64,000 nucleotides of DNA from a phage, in sequence record PZ386971.1. One strand, 5' to 3'. The notes beneath the pieces were generated by a model that was not told where the DNA came from, did no database searches, and was given only the letters and a program-made list of their open reading frames with translations. The translations under genes were made by a program, and so were the position numbers. Below are positions 43,887-53,886 of the stretch, one piece after another; the first letter of the stretch is position 1, and each line of letters opens with the position of its first letter.

Positions 43887-46223
43887 ATGACTCAAAGTAC
43901 AGATATCCTGGCCAAATTTGGCAATCTTTTGAAGGAAGCTGACACCCCGGTAGAGGTGGAAGTCCCATTTGAAGTGCGTGATAACGTTACGCACAAACTG
44001 ACTTTCCGCAAAGGTCGCGCCAAGAACTTCCGCTCCATCGGCAATCAGTTCATGGAGATTGATTATCAGCGCAACCCAGCCACCCTTGTCACGTCTGATG
44101 ACAACGGCGCGGGTAAATCCACGATGTTGGTATGGCTGCTGTTCTTCGTACTGTACAACACCACGTACAGTAAGAAGGAGAAGAAGGCAGGCCTGGTTAA
44201 CTCACAAAGCCGCAAGGAATGTGTGGGTGAGGTAGAGTTTGCCTGTCGTGGTAGTGAATGGAAAGTTCGCCGGGGTATCAAGCCCGACTTTGTTGAAGTC
44301 TACCAGATGGTGGACGGTAAGTGGTTGCAGATCGATAACGAAGCAGCCAAGGCCGACATGAACAAGTACATCGTGAACCTCATCGGTGTAGACCAGAAGA
44401 TGTTTGAGAACTCTCTGGTGCTGGGTAAAGAGAAGTTCATTCCGTTTACGGAGATGTACACTGCCGACCGTCGCGCCATGGTGGAGACAATTTGGGACTT
44501 GGGCTTCTTCAGCCTGATGAACGAAGATGTCAAGGCCGCCATCAAAAAGGCAAATACAACTCTGGACTCCATATCTAACGAATGCGCACTGAAGGTTATT
44601 GACCACACCAACAAGAAGACGCAGCTTCAGCAGATCGAGCAATCCAACGCCCTGATCCAACAGCAGTCGGCCGATATCCTTGTACAGCAACAGGAAGCCC
44701 TGAATTCCCTGGATGCTGACATCGCTTCCCAGAACGAAGAGCGCAGCCGCCTCACTGCGGTTGAGTTCGAAGCCACCCAGGAAATGAAGACGGTAGAAAA
44801 CCGCCTGAATGATGAATCCATGGTGGAGATCGAGGCTATCAAGAAAGACTTTGATGCCAAGATCCAGGCGGTGAAGGATGCCGCTCAGGAAAAGGCCGAT
44901 GATTATGAGCGCATCGAAGTGTCTACTGCGGAGCATGAACTTCAGGTCTTGCGTGACCGTGCCTTTACAGTGGCCGAAAGCAAGAACACCCTGCTCACCG
45001 AGCGCAACACAAACCTGGACGCCCTGAACGCTGCTATTCAGCGCCGCCAGCAGGGTGAGAACTTCCGCATCAAGTTCCAGACCGAAATGGACGGACATCA
45101 GTCGGCCATCAAGCGCTTCCACGACATGGGGACTTGCCCTACCTGTACCCAACTGGTGTCTGATGACACCAAGGCGCGGATTGAGAGTGAGTACAATCCT
45201 CAGATCCAGGAACTGCAGTCGAAGTTAGATCAACTAGACAAAGTTACCGCCGATATCAATGTCCTGATCGATGATCACAAGGCTCAGGACGATAAGTTGG
45301 TTGCTGACATTGCTGTGTTGGACACTGAACTGGATGCAATGCGCAAGCAGGCTGACGAAATCGTTGACAACATCAAGCAGCTGCGCCGTGATATTCAAGG
45401 TTTTCATGATGCTGCCACGATTGAGTGTAATTCACTGAACCGTGAATGTCAACAGAAGATCCTTGACATCCGTAAGGCACTGAACGTTCGTTTTGAAGAC
45501 ATCACTGCGTCACTACAACAAACTCGAGAGAATGCCGTCAGCGGGATTAAAGCCGTCGATGATAAGATCGCCGAGCTGAAAGCCCGTCGTGCTCCTCTCG
45601 TGGCGTCTATTGCCGATCTGGAGCGTAAACTGGCTGTACAACCAACGCCTACCGCCGAACTAGAGAACTCTATCGCTGTGTTGGAAGGTGAACTGGAGGA
45701 TCTATACCAGCGCCGCGAGGATGCCGATCAGGAACTCCAGGACTTACAGCACCTCCTGTTCTTCCTGAAGGATGACCAGACCAAGGCGCGTATCATCGCC
45801 CTGTATCTGCCATTCCTCAATAGCAAGATCAACGAGTATCTTGAAGCCCTCAACATGTTCTTGGACATCGTTGTTGACGATACCTTTGAGATCACCATGA
45901 GTGCAGCAGGCCGCAAGGGGCAGAGTATCTTCTCCCTGTCTACTGGCCAGCGGAGCCGCCTGAACCTGGCGGTGACATTAGCTCTGCGTGACGTGGCTAA
46001 CCTCAAGGCATCAGTGCAATGTAACCTGTTTGTCCTGGATGAAATCCTTGAGAACATGAGCGAGCGCGGGGTGCAGGAATCGGTTGAGATGCTGAAGCAT
46101 AAGTTCGGCGGGAACAACCTGTTTGTCATCAGCCAGCGTGAGCAGGAGTTCCAGGAATACTTCCAACACAACATTCGCTACGGCCTACGAAACGGCCTGA
46201 CCGAAGTTATCAAGAAGGATTGA
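43887..46223 (+). CDS. 46: Recombination ATPase subunit (T4 gp46, Rad50-like)
   Basis: N-terminal P-loop DDNGAGKST, long coiled-coil, CPTC zinc hook; start could be ATG 43878 instead. Confidence 0.85.
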   Translation: MTQSTDILAKFGNLLKEADTPVEVEVPFEVRDNVTHKLTFRKGRAKNFRSIGNQFMEIDYQRNPATLVTSDDNGAGKSTMLVWLLFFVLYNTTYSKKEKKAGLVNSQSRKECVGEVEFACRGSEWKVRRGIKPDFVEVYQMVDGKWLQIDNEAAKADMNKYIVNLIGVDQKMFENSLVLGKEKFIPFTEMYTADRRAMVETIWDLGFFSLMNEDVKAAIKKANTTLDSISNECALKVIDHTNKKTQLQQIEQSNALIQQQSADILVQQQEALNSLDADIASQNEERSRLTAVEFEATQEMKTVENRLNDESMVEIEAIKKDFDAKIQAVKDAAQEKADDYERIEVSTAEHELQVLRDRAFTVAESKNTLLTERNTNLDALNAAIQRRQQGENFRIKFQTEMDGHQSAIKRFHDMGTCPTCTQLVSDDTKARIESEYNPQIQELQSKLDQLDKVTADINVLIDDHKAQDDKLVADIAVLDTELDAMRKQADEIVDNIKQLRRDIQGFHDAATIECNSLNRECQQKILDIRKALNVRFEDITASLQQTRENAVSGIKAVDDKIAELKARRAPLVASIADLERKLAVQPTPTAELENSIAVLEGELEDLYQRREDADQELQDLQHLLFFLKDDQTKARIIALYLPFLNSKINEYLEALNMFLDIVVDDTFEITMSAAGRKGQSIFSLSTGQRSRLNLAVTLALRDVANLKASVQCNLFVLDEILENMSERGVQESVEMLKHKFGGNNLFVISQREQEFQEYFQHNIRYGLRNGLTEVIKKD

Positions 46224-46225
46224 TC

Positions 46226-46390
46226 ATGAACTACGAACAAATTAAACTCGCAATCCTGGTCTTTGCATGCATCATTGATATCGTTGCGTTTTCTCGTGAA
46301 GTCGAAAGGAAAAACTACCTGAAAGCACTGGGGTATCTCGGGTTCTCTGTCTGGTTCTGTTATCTACTTGCAGGTCAAATCCTGAAATGA
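46226..46390 (+). CDS. Small predicted membrane protein (54 aa)
   Basis: Not in the track (under 60 aa); hydrophobic segments ILVFACIIDIVAF and LGFSVWFCYLLAG; stop overlaps next ATG. Confidence 0.3.
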   Translation: MNYEQIKLAILVFACIIDIVAFSREVERKNYLKALGYLGFSVWFCYLLAGQILK

Positions 46391-46716
46391 AAGTCGTCCA
46401 CTTCAAGAAGGAGCCATATGATGTCTACATTGGTCGGCCTGGTAAATGGGGGAACCCGTTTGAGGTCAAAGACCATGGACGAGGCGTCTGTATCGAACTG
46501 TTTGAGGACGACCTGTATGTGCGCCTGATTGAAGGGGATATCACTGAGGATGAACTCCTTGATCTTGACGGGAAGGTATTGGGGTGCTGGTGTAAGCCGC
46601 GCCCCTGCCACGGAGATGTTTACGTCAAAGTCGTCGGGCGTATTAAACTATTCCGCAAGCTGGGCAAATCCTTTACTGAACATCTGAGACAAACGTATGT
46701 CAGAAAACAAAGATGA
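46387..46716 (+). CDS. DUF4326-like protein
   Basis: YDVYIGRPGKWGNPF and LGCWCKPRPCHGDV recalled as hallmarks of DUF4326. Confidence 0.45.
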   Translation: MKVVHFKKEPYDVYIGRPGKWGNPFEVKDHGRGVCIELFEDDLYVRLIEGDITEDELLDLDGKVLGCWCKPRPCHGDVYVKVVGRIKLFRKLGKSFTEHLRQTYVRKQR

Positions 46717-46981
46717 AATTCAGGAATCCTGTGACATTGCTGTGGAGATATGGAATCGCAGGAATCCTCATTACCAAGTGACCGTCACTCCGAATCGTTA
46801 TCTTGAGCAGGGCGGCCTGATTGTGGTTGATGCTGTACTCGCTTTCAACAAGTACCAAGATATGCAGATCCTGGACGGCAACTTTACCGTCGCGACCAAT
46901 ACGGCATGGGATGACCCTCTACAGTTCGTCTATGGCTGGCTGGAGTGTATCGAGGAATCCTACCACCTCATCTACGAATGA
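46697..46981 (+). CDS. Hypothetical protein (94 aa)
   Basis: ORF overlapping the upstream gene end. Confidence 0.45.
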   Translation: MSENKDEIQESCDIAVEIWNRRNPHYQVTVTPNRYLEQGGLIVVDAVLAFNKYQDMQILDGNFTVATNTAWDDPLQFVYGWLECIEESYHLIYE

Positions 46982-46991
46982 GGCTGAAGGG

Positions 46992-47001
46992 CACTAAATA
47001 C
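46992..47001 (+). promoter_or_regulatory. Late-promoter-like motif CACTAAATAC in a hairpin loop
   Basis: gggcac-TAAATACCAC-gtgccc; same motif class as at 10389 and 18674. Confidence 0.3.
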
Positions 47002-47080
47002 CACGTGCCCTTTATCTTTTAACCCCTGTCAGGAGGCTCAAGCGAGCTGCAAGTCGACAAACCACATAAGGAACGCCATC

Positions 47081-47695
47081 ATGACGATGACAACGTTGAA
47101 GGCCATGGCCTTGTCCGTGACCTTTACCATTGCCAGCGGGAATGTGCACGCTTCCCAAAATACAAGTCAATGTGTTTATGATTTCTCTGAGCAACAACTT
47201 AATACGATGGCAACCGCCTATCACGTAGGCAAGACACAAGATCTTGGCTACACTCTGGCCGCCATATCTTGGCGAGAGAGCCGCGCTGGTGAAGATGTAG
47301 TGTCAATGCGATACGGCCTCAAGGCGGCCAACATGGGAGCCTTCCAGAACAAGGTGAAGACAGTTGGTGATCGCGAAGGTTGTAAGAATCGCAAGTGCTA
47401 TGCCAATGTCGCCATAAAGTTGCTGACCGACCAAGAATATGCCGCGCAAGCCGCCCTCGATGAGATACAGTTCTGGCTGACCTATCACAATCAGAATATC
47501 CGCAAATCCCTCTCCTCTTACAATGCTGGCTTCGCCCGTAATCCCGCATCGAACGCTTATGCTGCTGACGTCGTGAAGAAAGCTAAATATCTTCAGAAAT
47601 GTGTGTCTTTCGAAGGCCGGACCATCTCCGAGGTAGATCCTCAGGTGATCGCCATGAACAAGCACACAATAGAGAAACTGAAGAGGACAAGATAA
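47081..47695 (+). CDS. Secreted protein with lytic-transglycosylase-like motif
   Basis: Signal-peptide-like N-terminus MTMTTLKAMALSVTFTIASGNVHA; ISWRESRAG...GAFQ weakly resembles the SLT ES/GLMQ motifs. Confidence 0.4.
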   Translation: MTMTTLKAMALSVTFTIASGNVHASQNTSQCVYDFSEQQLNTMATAYHVGKTQDLGYTLAAISWRESRAGEDVVSMRYGLKAANMGAFQNKVKTVGDREGCKNRKCYANVAIKLLTDQEYAAQAALDEIQFWLTYHNQNIRKSLSSYNAGFARNPASNAYAADVVKKAKYLQKCVSFEGRTISEVDPQVIAMNKHTIEKLKRTR

Positions 47696-48333
47696 TGAAC
47701 ATCACTCCATCTCAGGCCGGATATGAACATATCTTGGTCTTCATTGCTCTACAGGGTGCGAAGGAAGGCATCATCGTATCCGAGTACTCAGGCACGGTTC
47801 GCCTTGCCGATTATGTCGCACCAGAGGCATTTATCAAGAAGTGTATTGACGCATGGTGCCTCTATGCCCTCGGCACGTATCCTGCTCCTCCTGATGGCGA
47901 GCTGTTGTTTACTGTGCCGACTCCGGCTGCTGGCGATACGGACGCGATCTTTGCCGATATGCTGGCCAAGGGGTATCTGGTGTATGACATCACCCACGAT
48001 GTCTACTCCTTTACTTCGCTGAACACCGTGTTTGGATTCACCATCACATCTGAAGCCAACATCCCTGACTGGGGTATCTTGGCATGGGGTGTTGACGGCC
48101 TGGGTGCAACCTACGCATCGTCTGACGTCGGTGCAGTTCTGATTGATGAGGGTGTCACCATGGAGCAGTACCTTGCCCAGTTCCCTCAGCACAATATCAC
48201 AGGCAGCGACATCATTTTGGTCCAGCCTGGCGCTATCGCTCTCCCCCGTTTGGTGGATGGATGGAATCCTCGGCTGAAGGACATCATCGCAGGTATTCGA
48301 TCCCACATTCCGATTGTGAATCCGACGCCGTAA
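47695..48333 (+). CDS. Hypothetical protein (212 aa)
   Basis: ATG overlapping the upstream stop (TAATG); the track's N-terminal extension is low-complexity. Confidence 0.5.
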   Translation: MNITPSQAGYEHILVFIALQGAKEGIIVSEYSGTVRLADYVAPEAFIKKCIDAWCLYALGTYPAPPDGELLFTVPTPAAGDTDAIFADMLAKGYLVYDITHDVYSFTSLNTVFGFTITSEANIPDWGILAWGVDGLGATYASSDVGAVLIDEGVTMEQYLAQFPQHNITGSDIILVQPGAIALPRLVDGWNPRLKDIIAGIRSHIPIVNPTP

Positions 48334-48362
48334 AATAATTCAATAAAAGGGGCTTTTGCCCC

Positions 48363-48391
48363 TTTACTTCTTCAATATCCTTCCCTATACT
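48363..48391 (+). promoter_or_regulatory. Early promoter, cassette A copy 3 (-35 TTTACT, 17 bp, -10 TATACT)
   Basis: Preceded by hairpin aggggcTTTTgcccct and followed by leader tcattccataagcaacacaacaccaacttgaaa and AGGAACTACACCATG. Confidence 0.5.
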
Positions 48392-48439
48392 TCATTCCAT
48401 AAGCAACACAACACCAACTTGAAAAGCAGGAACTACACC

Positions 48440-48715
48440 ATGAAAATTATCCTCGACGCATATATCCGCCACGGTCAGAAATACCTGATGGCCAAGGTTT
48501 ACGACGGCGAAGAATTGATCCACGCCCAGACCGCCCCAGCTGCCCAGCTGCGAGAAATCATGTCACGCGACTTCCCTGGTGTTGAAATGGTAGAGCCTAC
48601 CAACCAGGCCGAAGTAGACAAAGAGTGGGAGCGCGAATGGAGTCCAGCGGCTATCGCTCGGGCTGAAAAGAATTGGTCTAACCGCGAAAACGCAAACCGC
48701 CCTTTCCGCCGTTAA
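48440..48715 (+). CDS. Hypothetical small protein (91 aa)
   Basis: ORF downstream of cassette A copy 3. Confidence 0.45.
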   Translation: MKIILDAYIRHGQKYLMAKVYDGEELIHAQTAPAAQLREIMSRDFPGVEMVEPTNQAEVDKEWEREWSPAAIARAEKNWSNRENANRPFRR

Positions 48716-48737
48716 TTTGAACCGAAGGAACTATATC

Positions 48738-49073
48738 ATGACACAACTCAAGAACTTCACCGCCGATGACATGTTTGCCTTCCAGGGTGCTGAGCACTTT
48801 GCTGACGGCTCCGTACCTCGCATCTACTACTTCTCCGACGAAGAAATGGAAGATTTCTTCGCCCTGATGGAAAAGGACTACGAACCAGACGACTTCGTTT
48901 ATATCATCCATCACGCCGAAGGACTGACATTGGGCTGGACGGCCAACAATGAACCAGAAGAAGTAAACTTCCCTGAAGGTATCATGTCAGAGCGCGTCGA
49001 ATATCTACTGGAAGCCCTGGACCCCCACACCCTCCCGCTCTGGGCGATGTCTGTAGCCCAAGTTCAAAAATAA
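48738..49073 (+). CDS. Small strongly acidic protein (111 aa)
   Basis: ATG preceded by AAGGAACTATATC; Asp/Glu-rich. Confidence 0.45.
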   Translation: MTQLKNFTADDMFAFQGAEHFADGSVPRIYYFSDEEMEDFFALMEKDYEPDDFVYIIHHAEGLTLGWTANNEPEEVNFPEGIMSERVEYLLEALDPHTLPLWAMSVAQVQK

Positions 49074-49148
49074 GATAAGGGGGCTGACGCTCCCTTTTGG
49101 TTTCGCTAATTAGAAGAAACCGCCGTTAATTCAATCAGGAGATATAAA

Positions 49149-52133
49149 ATGTCAAAGCCAAGTTTCCTCCAGTTCATGCAGGAAAGAGATCAGTTGGACG
49201 AAGCGTTCAACTCCGCTCCGTATGAGCTGACCATGGGTAAGAAGAACGCAGGCGATGTGTTCTTCACCTTCGTCGACGAAGATGATAAGGAATACCGCAT
49301 TCAGTTCTATACTCCTCAGGGACTGGGCAAGAGCGTTCGTCAGGTTTTCATCGGCCAGAAGCGCGGCTCCGTCTATCCTGACGCCATCGCTCGCTTCAAG
49401 AACCCAATGCGCGTTATTGCTTCCATGATCGAAGCGACCAAACAATTCATGGCGACTCCTCTGGGCAAAACTATCGATGGCTATGCTGTCAACTTCTCGA
49501 AGAAAGCGCTGGATCGCGGTATGACCCTGATTCCTAAGATCATCCGCCAGTCCGGTCTGAAGCAGAAACTGAATGTCATGGACCTGACCTACGCGCCTGT
49601 CCCTGACCGTGGTTATGTGTGGCTAGTTCGTAAGGGCAAAGATCCGGCTCAGGTATTCGACGGTCCGAAGATGCAGGGTATCACCTGGGATGATCCAGAC
49701 AAGGTCGGTGACGTTCCGGTTCAGAACAATACTCCGGATGTGGGTGTGTCATCTTCTGTTGATAATTCCAACGGATGGAAATTAACTTCAAACGGGGATC
49801 AGCCCATGTTGATATGGGCTGGTAAGGAGAGAGGCCGCACGAATACGGCAAATATCGCTCCCCACTACAATGAGCCGGGCGTGTATGTTGGCGCATACAT
49901 GAATGAGAAACCTGTGCGTGGGCAAAGTGCTGATTTCATTGCTCGTCAGTTGAAATTACCACAAGTCCCTATCAGTATCCTGAATGATTTCACCACGGCG
50001 TCCACAAAATTTTGGAAAGGTTCTCAACAGAAATCTGCGCCTGTTGTGCCGGCAGGTTCGGACAGAAATAACCCAGCCAACATTATCGGTTCTGGAACTG
50101 CTGTTATTGATGCCAAACGGCTTGGTGCTCAGGAAGTAAACGTGGAACGATTCAAAAACGGCGTTCGCATGCGTTCTCGAAACGGTGACGTCGACATCAG
50201 TATTTCTGACCCAGACTTTTCAAATGCAGCAAGTGCGGCTGATGCTGCCACAGCCTCTGTTGTGGTCAAGAACGGGCGTTACGAAGGTGCCATCAATTCA
50301 AAGCGCAAGATTGCCCGCACCTCGAACGAGCAGGGTACTGAATGGGATATTATCGGCGTCAACGGGGAAATCCTTGTCTCTATCAAGTTGAACAAAGTGT
50401 CTAAATCCACATCAGATTCGACCGAGGGTGCAACCAGTGTTGATCAATTACGTGACAGCGGTTTCATCGCTCGTGTTCTGGGTATCATTGATACCAACGT
50501 TGGGCTGGACACTTCTATTCTTCCTGGTGAAAACATCCGTCGCGTGGGCGCTGGTCGTTACACGACGACAGGCGGGTTGGTTATCGTTGTCAACTTCACA
50601 AACGTCCTCGCTGGTTTCGTTCAATACTCAGTTTTCAGCGAAATTGCTGAAGAGGAGAACGTGGCCAAAGGTAGCGCCCGTGACGTCGCCAAGGCGGTAA
50701 TTGCGTCCATCTTTGAGGTTGCTAAGACCCAGTACACTGGCAAATGGGAAATTAGCGCAGTGCCAACAAGCGCTCCATATCCTATCAAAGCCATTCGCCG
50801 TTCTCGGGGCTGGGGTTATGTGGAAACCGCAAACTGGACTCTGACAGTGTCCGACGCTGTCCTGAATCGTGTGAAGCCAGGGAACACTGCTCTGCTGGAA
50901 CTCATCAAAGAGCCTCCGCGTGGCAAGCACCTGCTGGAAATCATCCCAGAGAAGGGCGACAAGACCCTGATGCTGAAAGATCGTATTACCGGGGCCATCT
51001 ATGGTTCTATCGACCTGAATGCCCAAGGCGCTGATCTGGTCAACTCTGGAACCCTGAAGATACCAAGCAACGCCATGGTGTTTGGTGAGACTGTCAACGG
51101 TATGTCCATTCGGTGGGATGTCAATTTCCCCGAAACGGGAAAATACGCCGGTACTTCTATGATAACCAACGTGACCTATTACTACGACAAAGGTAAAGTT
51201 GCATTCACCCCAATTGTCTCTCAGAAAGGGCGTACCCTGAACAATCCGAAGACATATGAACTTCCTTTAAACAAAGATATGGTCCAGAGTGTGATTGATG
51301 AGATTTCATCAAAAATGGTATATCTTTCCAGAAACCTCCAACAGTTGAAAAGTCAGTCATACAACCCAAACCAGGTGTTCTTGAACGATATAACCATCAC
51401 GGATAAAGGTGAAGTGATTTGGAATGATTACAACTTGTCTGACGGCAAAGTTACACAAATTATGCTGTCCATGATAAGCGCAGAAAATAAACGCCTGGAG
51501 AAAGTAGCAAACACGCCGGATATCAATATCACATTGCCCAAGAAACAAGCTGAAGTGGTAGAATTTATAAACCGGATGATCGACATCGATCTCACCCCTT
51601 ATGTGAGAACCCCCAAAAAACGTGATGTGGTATTATTTGACTCTTCTGAATTGTCGATAAACCAACTCAACAACATAGAACGCCTGGGAAGAGAAACAGG
51701 AAAATGGTCTCTTCAGCCAAACGGTGGTATGGGTCATGCACTACTTCTGAAAAGCACGTCGCACAATCCGAAGGACGACCTTGCGGCATACGCCGACTCC
51801 ATTCGCGACAACGCACCAAAAGGTCGCGACCTGGATTGGCAGATCTATGCAAGCCGTGATGGTCAGACTCTGAACGTGGACTGGGATATCACCTTCCGCC
51901 GCAACACAACTGAAGGGGCATATCGCGAGTTCAAAGCTCAGATTGACCGCGCCAACCAGTACCTGCAGACACTGTACCGGGATGCGAAGTCCAAGGGTTA
52001 CAACCCGACTGAACCAAACCTGATGACTCTGGCTCGCGCCCAGCAGTCTGACCAGTGGTCACAAGACAACGGGGAAAGCGCATACAGCGAGTACGAGCAG
52101 TCCCTGGGTGGCAACATGCAGATTAAGATCTGA
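49149..52133 (+). CDS. Large hypothetical protein (994 aa)
   Basis: Long uninterrupted ORF with GGAGA SD; Asn/Gly/Ser/Thr-rich; no polymerase or ATPase motifs found. Confidence 0.6.
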   Translation: MSKPSFLQFMQERDQLDEAFNSAPYELTMGKKNAGDVFFTFVDEDDKEYRIQFYTPQGLGKSVRQVFIGQKRGSVYPDAIARFKNPMRVIASMIEATKQFMATPLGKTIDGYAVNFSKKALDRGMTLIPKIIRQSGLKQKLNVMDLTYAPVPDRGYVWLVRKGKDPAQVFDGPKMQGITWDDPDKVGDVPVQNNTPDVGVSSSVDNSNGWKLTSNGDQPMLIWAGKERGRTNTANIAPHYNEPGVYVGAYMNEKPVRGQSADFIARQLKLPQVPISILNDFTTASTKFWKGSQQKSAPVVPAGSDRNNPANIIGSGTAVIDAKRLGAQEVNVERFKNGVRMRSRNGDVDISISDPDFSNAASAADAATASVVVKNGRYEGAINSKRKIARTSNEQGTEWDIIGVNGEILVSIKLNKVSKSTSDSTEGATSVDQLRDSGFIARVLGIIDTNVGLDTSILPGENIRRVGAGRYTTTGGLVIVVNFTNVLAGFVQYSVFSEIAEEENVAKGSARDVAKAVIASIFEVAKTQYTGKWEISAVPTSAPYPIKAIRRSRGWGYVETANWTLTVSDAVLNRVKPGNTALLELIKEPPRGKHLLEIIPEKGDKTLMLKDRITGAIYGSIDLNAQGADLVNSGTLKIPSNAMVFGETVNGMSIRWDVNFPETGKYAGTSMITNVTYYYDKGKVAFTPIVSQKGRTLNNPKTYELPLNKDMVQSVIDEISSKMVYLSRNLQQLKSQSYNPNQVFLNDITITDKGEVIWNDYNLSDGKVTQIMLSMISAENKRLEKVANTPDINITLPKKQAEVVEFINRMIDIDLTPYVRTPKKRDVVLFDSSELSINQLNNIERLGRETGKWSLQPNGGMGHALLLKSTSHNPKDDLAAYADSIRDNAPKGRDLDWQIYASRDGQTLNVDWDITFRRNTTEGAYREFKAQIDRANQYLQTLYRDAKSKGYNPTEPNLMTLARAQQSDQWSQDNGESAYSEYEQSLGGNMQIKI

Positions 52134-52189
52134 TCATTGAAAGCCCCTTCGGGGGCTTATAAATAACTGAAATCCCCGAGGAGATTAAG

Positions 52190-52759
52190 ATGAAACCGTT
52201 TATCGAATATTTTAAAGAACAAGCCGCTAAACCTCAGACCCATGCTGGTGTCCAGGGTAAGACCGTATCCATCACCAAGCAAGCTGACGGCACCCAGTGG
52301 TGTTCCGGCGCTACCGTGACCCAGATCACCCCTGACAATCAGGCGGATGTCTACAACCTGGAGTTAACCAACGGCAACACTATCAAGGTGAAGCTGACTC
52401 CGGATCAGACCCATGGCATTACCCAAGGCCAGGAAGTTGTTGCTGTCCATGACGGTTTCGAATTCTTCTTTGGCAAGTCTGCCGACAAAGGCCAGGTGAC
52501 CGAATCCTATGCTCAGGAACTGGCGAACATGGACAAGATGATCGGTAAAGCACTGGGTGCTGGCAAGTCTCGCAAGAGTGGTCGTACTGAGTTTGAATAC
52601 TCTGGCATCCCTGGCATCGGCAAGGCGATCACCGTGAACTTCGGTGGTGAAGATGACCCGTATGTGATCGTCACCTGCAACGGCAAGGAGCATGATATCA
52701 GCAAGGGTAAAAACCTGGCTGCTGACATTGCCAAGTTCCTCGGTGTTAAGCCTGTCTAG
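52190..52759 (+). CDS. Hypothetical protein (189 aa)
   Basis: ORF with GAGGAG SD. Confidence 0.5.
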   Translation: MKPFIEYFKEQAAKPQTHAGVQGKTVSITKQADGTQWCSGATVTQITPDNQADVYNLELTNGNTIKVKLTPDQTHGITQGQEVVAVHDGFEFFFGKSADKGQVTESYAQELANMDKMIGKALGAGKSRKSGRTEFEYSGIPGIGKAITVNFGGEDDPYVIVTCNGKEHDISKGKNLAADIAKFLGVKPV

Positions 52760-52852
52760 AAGGTTGCACTAGACGACGCCACGGCGAAAGAACTTGGTCT
52801 GTAACTGGATCCCCCTAAATACAGGGGGATTTCTTTTTCTGAGGACAACATC

Positions 52853-53206
52853 ATGGTCAACGCTAGTATTTTCATCAACCGTGGATTGCTTGCTATAGCC
52901 CACTCTCATGCCTTACACTTCGTTACAACGTCCTATGCCAAGCACAAGGCACTCGGGGAGTTCTACGGGGAACTGGAGGACTTACTAGACACGTTTACCG
53001 AAGCATACATCGGCGCGGGTGGTCAGTATGTTCCATCATTCGAGAATATCAAATTGTACAATCCTGATCCGATATCGTATATCAACAGCGTAATCATCGA
53101 CGTCAATGGGATCTACAATCAATGTGACAGCCATTTACAAAACACGCTTGACGAAATCAAAACTCTGTGCTATCAAACGATTTACAAACTGAAGCAACTG
53201 GCGTAG
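52853..53206 (+). CDS. Hypothetical protein (117 aa)
   Basis: Preceded by ccccc-TAAATACA-ggggg hairpin carrying the late-like motif. Confidence 0.45.
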   Translation: MVNASIFINRGLLAIAHSHALHFVTTSYAKHKALGEFYGELEDLLDTFTEAYIGAGGQYVPSFENIKLYNPDPISYINSVIIDVNGIYNQCDSHLQNTLDEIKTLCYQTIYKLKQLA

Positions 53207-53267
53207 TCTATAGATCTATCTGATAATATAATTGCCCATTATTTGTCAATCATAGATAAGGATAAAG

Positions 53268-53876
53268 ATGGGCAAGATCTTCGTTCCAACACATTTAGAA
53301 GGCTGTCAAATTGCAGCCAAATATCTTCACAAGCAGATGAATTGCGGTGCCGTATTTATCGAACCGAATCCTCACACCAATTCTGAATCCCCTGATGCAA
53401 TCGGGTTTCGCCCCGATGGGTGCAGTATTTTGATCGAGGTCAAAATCAGCCGGGATGATTTCCGAGCAGATGCTAAGAAACCTCATCGCATCAATCCTGA
53501 GCAGGGGATGGGCAGCTATCGTTTTTATGCATGTCCTGAGGGAGTCATCCGCATTGAAGATCTACCACCAAAGTGGGGGTTGTTCTACTTCACGCCTCGA
53601 AAATCATTGAAGGCGATCCATGTCCCCGACATGAAGATATCTTCCCTGTATTCCCCTCAGCACTATCTGAATATGATAGCCTGCCGAGGCCAGAATGGCA
53701 AGATGCCTCCTTATCTCCTCCATTACCAAAAGATGGTGGAAGACTTCGGCCATGTCGTAAAGAACACCGTCGCTGAACACAATGTCCTCTATGGGGCTTG
53801 GCGTCAGCTCTGTATTGCTCAAACCCGTGGTGTGGCATATACTGTCAATGAGGTATTCCAGAGGCCCGCGATTTAA
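53268..53876 (+). CDS. Putative PD-(D/E)XK-fold nuclease (202 aa)
   Basis: ESPDAIGFRPDGCSILIEVKISRDD contains a PD...(E)xK arrangement. Confidence 0.4.
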   Translation: MGKIFVPTHLEGCQIAAKYLHKQMNCGAVFIEPNPHTNSESPDAIGFRPDGCSILIEVKISRDDFRADAKKPHRINPEQGMGSYRFYACPEGVIRIEDLPPKWGLFYFTPRKSLKAIHVPDMKISSLYSPQHYLNMIACRGQNGKMPPYLLHYQKMVEDFGHVVKNTVAEHNVLYGAWRQLCIAQTRGVAYTVNEVFQRPAI

Positions 53877-53886
53877 GAGGTGTACT

